This document shows, in pieces, positions 18,601-24,026 of a stretch of DNA of 24,026 nucleotides. Origin of the DNA: a virus (taxonomy: Duplodnaviria; Caudoviricetes); IMG/VR virus record IMGVR_UViG_3300034375_006595, positions 1 through 24,026 of that record. The stretch is one strand, 5' to 3'. Below the pieces are notes generated by a model. That model did not search any database. It was not told the origin of the DNA and saw nothing but the letters and a program-made list of their open reading frames with translations. The position numbers and the translations under genes were made by a program. The stretch's first letter is position 1. Every line of letters starts with the position of its first letter.

Positions 18601-21600
18601 GGTCAGATTTATATAAATTTAGAGGTTGCTTCAAAAAATTTAGCTATAAGCGTAGGTTCTCACGAATTACTACACCGCGTATTGTATGCTGAATTAAAAT
18701 CAAACCCTAATAAAGAAGCTATAATTAATCAGCTTAGAGATGCAATAATCGCAGGTGGGAATATTGAAATTGAAAAAAGAATAAGAGCAGCCGTTAATTT
18801 TAGAAATAACGAATTAAAAAAATTACAAGATCAATATAAAAAAGGGGAAATAACTAAAAAGCAATTTAATAAGCTAAAAAATAATATAGCTGGTTATGAC
18901 ATTGTTTTTAATGAAGACGGCACGGTGTCTGGTAAAGATATTGATGAATACATTACTGCTTTTTCTGACGCTTTAGCAAAAGAAGAAATTAGCATGTCTG
19001 AACCCCTTTTATTGGAAATTGGAAGATGGATTTCTACCCAGATTAAAGCTGCGCTTGGTATTGATAAGCAATTTGAAACAGGTGAAGATGTTTTAAAATT
19101 TGTTAAAGATTACCAAAAATCTATAAAAAGAGGTAAACTTAGTGGCGCAGCTAAACTAAAATTAAAAGCCTCTGAAAAAGTGCTTAGTGAACAAACGGAT
19201 AGTGGTCAACCTGGGAAAAGATCGTTTTCGGTTAGCACCAAAAAAGAGCTTTTTAATGTAATTAAAGATGTTCAGCCTAAAAACGCTAAAACTAAGTCTG
19301 AATTTCAATCTGATCCCGGGTTTACGGATTTATACATGCTAATGCAACCTGGACAACCAGTACACAACTTTATAGTGAGCAAGTTTCCAGGTCAAACAGA
19401 AAAAGTTAGAGGTCTAATAGAGTCTTTAGAAGAACGCCTTATTAATTTTGACCCTGAAAAGAAAAGAAAAGGGAGTAATGAAGTAATTGGCGCAGAAGGA
19501 TTTGTGGAATTCCTTATGGCTAATATTAATTTTGCTGCACTTGACATCAATAAAAAGCTAGCTACAGAAGCCGCTCGCGAAAAACAAACCACAAGCACAG
19601 ATAACGAGGGGGCTAAACAAATTGCGGAAGACACTACTACAGATAGTAATCAAGTATCTGAAAAGCCTGAATACAAAAGCTTACTTAGAAGAAAAGTGGT
19701 TAGTGAAGATGTTGTAAAAGATATTGAGCAAAAAGTTCTTAGAATAGTTACTCTTGTAAAATCACGTATAGACGCTAAAATAAGCAACAATGTTACCGTT
19801 ACTCCTTTAATTAGGGAGATTAAAAAAGAAGCGGGTAAAATGGTTGACATTGACCTTAAAAAAGCAATGGGCGGCAAAAAAGATGGAGAGTTACGTAAAT
19901 TTTTATTACGCAACAAAGCTGCTATTTTAGAAAACATGTCGACCACATGGTTAAGCCAAGCAATGCCTTTTGCTGTTCAAAAAAGAGTAGAGGGTGTATG
20001 GACATCTGACTGGAAAGGTAAAAAGATAGATAGAGAGGCAATGTCTACTGATTTAGCTGGGCGCACGTCCGGTGCAGACATGGTTAGAAGGGTGCCTAAA
20101 ATTGTTGGTGCAATATCTGATGCTGAATTTTTAGCAGCGGTAGTTGATTCTAAAGGTGCACCTTTAAGAGGTAAGAAAGAGTCTTTAGCTAAAGCTATAG
20201 CGGAAGAAATTACTTTTGATATTATTAAAAAGTCTTTTGACGAAAACGGTCCTATTGCACAGGCTATTATAGAAAACCAAAAACGTAGTGGTGTTGAAAA
20301 TGCAGAAAGCATGGGGCCTGAGTTTAAAAGACAAGCTGAACGTGGAAATGTTAAGTTTTCTTTTAGTGCCGTCGATGAGCAAAGAACTGCGCTTATTGAA
20401 TATTTTAGTTACGATAGAAATACAGATATAGGTAGATTTGGCAGGCAGCTGGTTTCAGATCAAAATATAGATGCGTTATTAAATGAATATGGATTAAAAG
20501 ACAGATATGATTTATCTGATCCTAAACAATTTGAACAATATTTAAACGATATTGAAACAATCTTAGTACCATTAATGCCTAAATGGTTTTGGTTGACACC
20601 AGGTACAAAATATAGCCCCTTGTTAAGTAATAAAAGAAGCTTAGGTAAAACATCTAAAAAACTAACTGACGCGGAATTTTCAGCGCTTCAGCAACAAGTA
20701 ATAGATAAAATACAATCAATACCTGAATCTAAATTTGGCCCTCCTATAAAAGGTGTTGATATATCACGCCCTAAATTCCAAAGATTTACTAAAAAAGGTA
20801 ATCTAGGGAAAAAACAAATATTTTTAACGGCAAAAAATATATTTTTAAGAGAAAACGCAGCGAAAGGAGCTACTGTAGAAGGTGACGTTTTAGCTTATAA
20901 CCTATATGTAGAAGCTATACATGAAGCTATGTGGGAAAGAGCAGCTGAAGCTATAAAAAAAGATATTAATAGCGCAAGAGTTGTAGGTACGTTTATGTCT
21001 TTGTCAGTAAACGATGTAAACCACCCACATAGATTAGCTAGGATTGGCGCTTGGTCTAAAGATTTTGAAAGAAAAGATATAACGATAGAGCATGCAGTAC
21101 CAAGCATGATAGTGGCTACCACTTTATTAAATAAAGCGTTAGCGGTACATCCAAGCAAAAAGAAAAACAAAAAGAAAAAACTACTAGCTGGCGCACGTGT
21201 TAATTTCAATACATTTTATAAAGCTGTTGCGGAAAACTACGTAGTAGTAGCACTAAACAAAGCTGATGATAAAAAATCTAGCAAGTTTTTTAGATCAACA
21301 TTACCAAAAGGATGGAACATATTAGAAGGTAATTGGTACGACAGATATTTTAACAGTGTAGTAAGTAAAGAAGATGGCGGTATAGATCCTAAGAGTCTTA
21401 TATTACCATCAGGTAGATCTATAGCTGAAGTTACAGGTATAAGTAAAAACGGTAGCTATCGAGGTAACAAGCTTACTGAATTTATGAAAAAAAATAATCT
21501 TGACCTCTCTAGTTCTAAATCAGCTCAAGCTAAACAAGCTGTAATGTCCGAAGCTTTTGAAAAAGGCAAAAGAAAATATTCGGCAAGTTTTCCAGAACCA

Positions 21601-23706
21601 TCAGCATTAAATGCTCAGTTTAACGCAATACTTAGAAGAAAGAGTGGTATTGACGGCAGAACAGAAATATCTAGGACTAGAGCTCAAATTTTAGGTAAAG
21701 ATAAAGGTAGATTTAAATTCTTTATTGCGCCTGGCGCTGACGACTTTAGAGGCTTAGTACATTATGCTTTTGCAGGGCAAGGTAAGCAGGGGGAAAAAGA
21801 TATGGAGTTCTTTGAAAAGAACCTTATGGACCCGTACTTTAGAGGTATTGCTGCTATAGACGCTATGCGACAACTTATTAAGAGAGAATTTAAAGTTGTT
21901 ACTACAGAGTTTAAAGATGAATACAAAATGCTTGAGGAACCTGTACCTGGTACCCCATTTACTTATGACCACGCGCTTCGCGTATATATGTGGGGTCTTG
22001 CGGGTACAGAGGTTCCGGGATTAAGTGATAAAGACAGAAACGATTTAGAAAATGCTATTTTGGACAATCCAGCGCTTGCTGATTTTGCTGAAGCGTTACT
22101 TATTGTTGGTCGTCGTGAAGCATGGCCTAAACCTTCTGAGTTTTGGCTTGGTGATTCTGTATTGTCCGATCTTAACAGTATGACTGAAAAAGTCGGTCGT
22201 AAAGATATACTTGCACAGTTTATTACAAACGTAGATGCAATATTTGATGAGGCTGCACTTAATAAAGTTGAGGCTATTAAAGGTAGAAAGCATCGTGAAG
22301 CTCTTGAAGATTCGATATACGCTATGAAAAACGGTAGTAACCGTCCTTCAGGTGCTAATATTCAAACTAACAAATGGATTAATTGGATTAACGGTTCTAC
22401 AGGAGCAATCATGTTCTTTAACCGTCGTTCAGCGTTATTACAGATGTTATCATTTACCAACTTTATAAATTGGTCAGATAACAATCCTATAAAAGCTGCA
22501 GCAGCATTTGCAAACCAAAAACAATACTGGAAAGACTTCGTGTTTATATTTAACTCTGACAAGTTAAAAGAGCGTCGTGGTGGTTTGAAACAAGACGTTA
22601 GTGAATCTGAAATTGCTCAGGTAGCAGGTAGGTCTAAAAATAGCCCACAAGCTATCCTTGCTTACATGCTTAAAATAGGGTTTACGCCTACACAAATCGC
22701 AGATAGTATGGCTATTGCCACAGGTGGCGCTACTTTCTACCGCAACCGTATAAATACATATTTAAAGCAGGGAATGTCGCAAAAGAAAGCTGAAGAAAAA
22801 GCATTTGAAGATTTTTCTAAAGCGTCGGACGTTGCACAGCAGTCTTCTGACCCAGCATTAGTATCACAACAGCAAAGATCAATTTTAGGACGCTTTATAT
22901 TAGCTTTTGCTAATACCCCTATGCAATACACTCGTTTGATGAAAAAAGCCGGTCAGGACCTTATAAATGGTCGTGGGGATGCTAAAGAGCATATAAGCAA
23001 GATTCTTTATTATGGATTTATACAGAACTTTATATTCTCTGCTTTGCAAAGCGCAATGTTTGGTTTATTCTTTGATGATGAAGAAGATGACGAAATACGT
23101 AAGAAAAATGCCGATAAGAAATTATTAAAAACAGTTAATAGTATGGTAGATACTATTCTTCGTGGTTCAGGCGTTTATGGTGCAATTGTTTCTACAATTA
23201 AAAATACTATTCAACAATATTATACTCAAGAAGGGAGAGGATTTATGGCTGACCATGCTTATACTCTGCTAGCTGCATTTAATGCTTCCCCTCCAATAGG
23301 TTCTAAGTTTAGAAAACTATATAATGCAATTCAAACTAAGCGATTTGAAGAAGATGCTATTGCTGCAAGAGGTTGGGCAATTACTGCTAATGGCAGAGTT
23401 AACCTAGGGCCTAATTGGGCAATTTTAGGTAGTTTAGTGTCTGGTGTGGCAAACGTTCCTTTAGATCGTGTGTATGATGAAATAAATTCTATATCTGAAG
23501 CACTTGATGCTCGTAATAAAGCATGGCAGCGTATAGCATTAGCACTTGGTTGGAAAACCTGGGACGTAGGCGTTAAAAACGAAGAGCATGATTTAATAGA
23601 AACGTTAGCTAAAGAAAAGCGTAAAAAAGAAGGTATTGAAAAGCGCAAAGAAACTCTTCGTAAAAAGAAAAAACAAAAAGAAATTAAAGACGCATCAGAT
23701 TTTTAA
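15646..23706 (+). CDS. Giant ejection / polyvalent protein with a zincin-like metallopeptidase domain
   Basis: 2686-aa uninterrupted ORF. HELLH at aa 1006-1010 is preceded by GF...GQIYIN beta strands. Several Gly/Ala-rich hydrophobic segments and a helical C-terminal region. Last gene of the ejection trio. Confidence 0.7.
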   Translation: MHYIVDNKKITLKEAEALANEFGTTVEELALSGGWKQAEEGKTTVPEETTPPTEPVKTTAAGDSSLADTSLESQEIPEFDPKSLKPPKKAPEGDPYMGFYADGTAAFDDGIDINKTKIEEEPNPRLDRIAQNIAEYAKKNSGEMPFSIDEKYGTRGQFGEFESATSDPYMGQTQINLTSGKSIIVPADHTYTVLSADPNNIQEKTNDDIYGVKSWGGTPTTTEEDVNFEIEEAKLNLPSKSQYIEYNEEGTYDFIAKYYDASQLEAIGINLVDFQGWLNKNGLAEDFEQDVKDGLYNDGLFAHDYSDTENASVALEELKQKTLRGFLDTYIDSDIEHTSKKSFIDFYNSNKEKFNESVGFDGAYKLYTKISNRPGENYILNAVKESYKLNEFDAYRKAAFPAAVNGDLRIERKIAEDYAEKLNRNEFEKFIDPFKQGVVDAFIGFEGAGLESIRYIQDRVMDTIGDFTGLTTNVSTRRDRLLWDKYQQERVNNQLGYISTDKGDVVYYKDRKFIVQDDGQIFDTEAGLNVTSILDSKQLKEINDLALQSTERDYDISIRGGMGAAGAVIGNIGWQILLTRATGQLRMAASEKYIASINNFKNVKSLRKYMAATNKAGNRRGMNWKGISADTYGQFGIKLPFNAAMVDATVFQTFYGASIGYENTYSAARKAGLTDKEAEALAIDASQQMAVLYAATGPINPRIKALNKLDDFLTKSNATNRAVADFIRSDKKLEAFRSSLTASVGKGAKFIKDFSGEGAKEVVQENIQQAGETLFVNKNINRLAKKEILDAEYSLKDFMETTALSFITAGAIGSVNIRNIGYKGNEEKRFENLYLMSQDIKSSNALLNTMVEAGRITKEDAKTLISQAKAVANQEVNIPKWMRNQGVDAVEVAVLLEERAQAEKAKKGSNPVTHGPLDAKIEEIDGKIENLIKDAAAKQTEKEASIVQQILGVDKVKVFNTIEEMIEAGIDSKIAENVDGFVEVDGQIYINLEVASKNLAISVGSHELLHRVLYAELKSNPNKEAIINQLRDAIIAGGNIEIEKRIRAAVNFRNNELKKLQDQYKKGEITKKQFNKLKNNIAGYDIVFNEDGTVSGKDIDEYITAFSDALAKEEISMSEPLLLEIGRWISTQIKAALGIDKQFETGEDVLKFVKDYQKSIKRGKLSGAAKLKLKASEKVLSEQTDSGQPGKRSFSVSTKKELFNVIKDVQPKNAKTKSEFQSDPGFTDLYMLMQPGQPVHNFIVSKFPGQTEKVRGLIESLEERLINFDPEKKRKGSNEVIGAEGFVEFLMANINFAALDINKKLATEAAREKQTTSTDNEGAKQIAEDTTTDSNQVSEKPEYKSLLRRKVVSEDVVKDIEQKVLRIVTLVKSRIDAKISNNVTVTPLIREIKKEAGKMVDIDLKKAMGGKKDGELRKFLLRNKAAILENMSTTWLSQAMPFAVQKRVEGVWTSDWKGKKIDREAMSTDLAGRTSGADMVRRVPKIVGAISDAEFLAAVVDSKGAPLRGKKESLAKAIAEEITFDIIKKSFDENGPIAQAIIENQKRSGVENAESMGPEFKRQAERGNVKFSFSAVDEQRTALIEYFSYDRNTDIGRFGRQLVSDQNIDALLNEYGLKDRYDLSDPKQFEQYLNDIETILVPLMPKWFWLTPGTKYSPLLSNKRSLGKTSKKLTDAEFSALQQQVIDKIQSIPESKFGPPIKGVDISRPKFQRFTKKGNLGKKQIFLTAKNIFLRENAAKGATVEGDVLAYNLYVEAIHEAMWERAAEAIKKDINSARVVGTFMSLSVNDVNHPHRLARIGAWSKDFERKDITIEHAVPSMIVATTLLNKALAVHPSKKKNKKKKLLAGARVNFNTFYKAVAENYVVVALNKADDKKSSKFFRSTLPKGWNILEGNWYDRYFNSVVSKEDGGIDPKSLILPSGRSIAEVTGISKNGSYRGNKLTEFMKKNNLDLSSSKSAQAKQAVMSEAFEKGKRKYSASFPEPSALNAQFNAILRRKSGIDGRTEISRTRAQILGKDKGRFKFFIAPGADDFRGLVHYAFAGQGKQGEKDMEFFEKNLMDPYFRGIAAIDAMRQLIKREFKVVTTEFKDEYKMLEEPVPGTPFTYDHALRVYMWGLAGTEVPGLSDKDRNDLENAILDNPALADFAEALLIVGRREAWPKPSEFWLGDSVLSDLNSMTEKVGRKDILAQFITNVDAIFDEAALNKVEAIKGRKHREALEDSIYAMKNGSNRPSGANIQTNKWINWINGSTGAIMFFNRRSALLQMLSFTNFINWSDNNPIKAAAAFANQKQYWKDFVFIFNSDKLKERRGGLKQDVSESEIAQVAGRSKNSPQAILAYMLKIGFTPTQIADSMAIATGGATFYRNRINTYLKQGMSQKKAEEKAFEDFSKASDVAQQSSDPALVSQQQRSILGRFILAFANTPMQYTRLMKKAGQDLINGRGDAKEHISKILYYGFIQNFIFSALQSAMFGLFFDDEEDDEIRKKNADKKLLKTVNSMVDTILRGSGVYGAIVSTIKNTIQQYYTQEGRGFMADHAYTLLAAFNASPPIGSKFRKLYNAIQTKRFEEDAIAARGWAITANGRVNLGPNWAILGSLVSGVANVPLDRVYDEINSISEALDARNKAWQRIALALGWKTWDVGVKNEEHDLIETLAKEKRKKEGIEKRKETLRKKKKQKEIKDASDF

Positions 23707-23717
23707 AATAAAATAAA

Positions 23718-24026
23718 ATGAAATTAGAAGTATTACGATTTAGCAGCCAAGAAGACTCAACCAATGGAATATTATTTGACATTACAGACGACAAGCGAGA
23801 GTTCTTATGTTACACGCTTGAAGACGAACACAGGGACAATAAAAAATATGGTGAAACCAGAGTCCCTGCAGGAACATATAACATTACTCTCCGGACGGTG
23901 GGAGGATTTCATGGTAGATATTTAAAGAAGTATGGGGAAATGCACAAAGGAATGTTATGGGTACGTGAGGTTCCTAATTTTGAGTATATCCTTATTCACA
24001 CTGGTAATACTGATGAACACACTGCT
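23718..24026 (+). CDS. DUF5675-like putative L,D-peptidase / endolysin (3'-partial; absent from the supplied ORF track)
   Basis: Manual translation from ATG 23718: MKLEVLRFSSQEDSTNGILFDITDDKREFLCYTLEDEHRDNKKYGETRVPAGTYNITLRTVGGFHGRYLKKYGEMHKGMLWVREVPNFEYILIHTGNTDEHTA. Motifs CYTLED, (I/V)PAGTY and ILIHxGN match this family. The expected GC catalytic motif would fall just beyond the window edge. Confidence 0.8.
   Translation, partial: MKLEVLRFSSQEDSTNGILFDITDDKREFLCYTLEDEHRDNKKYGETRVPAGTYNITLRTVGGFHGRYLKKYGEMHKGMLWVREVPNFEYILIHTGNTDEHTA

Noticed and set aside
222-23648. Numerous short minus-strand ORFs (60-154 aa) in the ORF track
   Set aside because: They lie antisense to long, well-supported + strand genes, have shadow-frame composition (Ser/Phe/Leu/Ile-rich) and show no recognisable motifs.
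15646-23706. Virion RNA polymerase as in Crassvirales
   Set aside because: No DxDxD catalytic motif was found by eye. The nearest matches (DYDIS, DSDIE) lack the third Asp. A highly diverged fold cannot be excluded without structure prediction.
1-24026. Stop-codon reassignment (TAG or TGA)
   Set aside because: All genes are full length and tightly packed under the standard code, with no fragmentation that recoding would repair.
1-24026. tRNA, ncRNA, integrase or att sites
   Set aside because: Intergenic gaps are all under ~75 nt and are accounted for by terminators or AT-rich leaders. No such features were seen.

Overview
This 24 kb window is the co-oriented (+ strand) virion morphogenesis module of a low-GC, podovirus-type tailed phage. 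Gene order and protein features resemble crAss-like or Flavobacteriia (Bacteroidota) phages; this is inferred from motifs and synteny, not from a database search. The order is: terminase large subunit (5'-truncated), portal, acidic scaffold, major capsid protein, a 284-aa structural protein, two probable tail ring/adaptor proteins, a 1477-aa tail stabilisation/muzzle protein, two probable small ejection proteins, a 2686-aa giant ejection/polyvalent protein, and the start of a DUF5675-like peptidoglycan peptidase. Two intrinsic terminators and a recurring AT-rich motif upstream of start codons are visible. The most interesting element is the giant protein. It lacks the DxDxD catalytic motif of crAss-like virion RNA polymerases. 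Instead it appears to carry an HExxH zincin protease, a sigma-70 region-2-like segment and a degenerate HNH-like motif, separated by short basic-[FY]-S linkers. This suggests an injected, possibly self-processing host-takeover polyprotein (hypothesis only).
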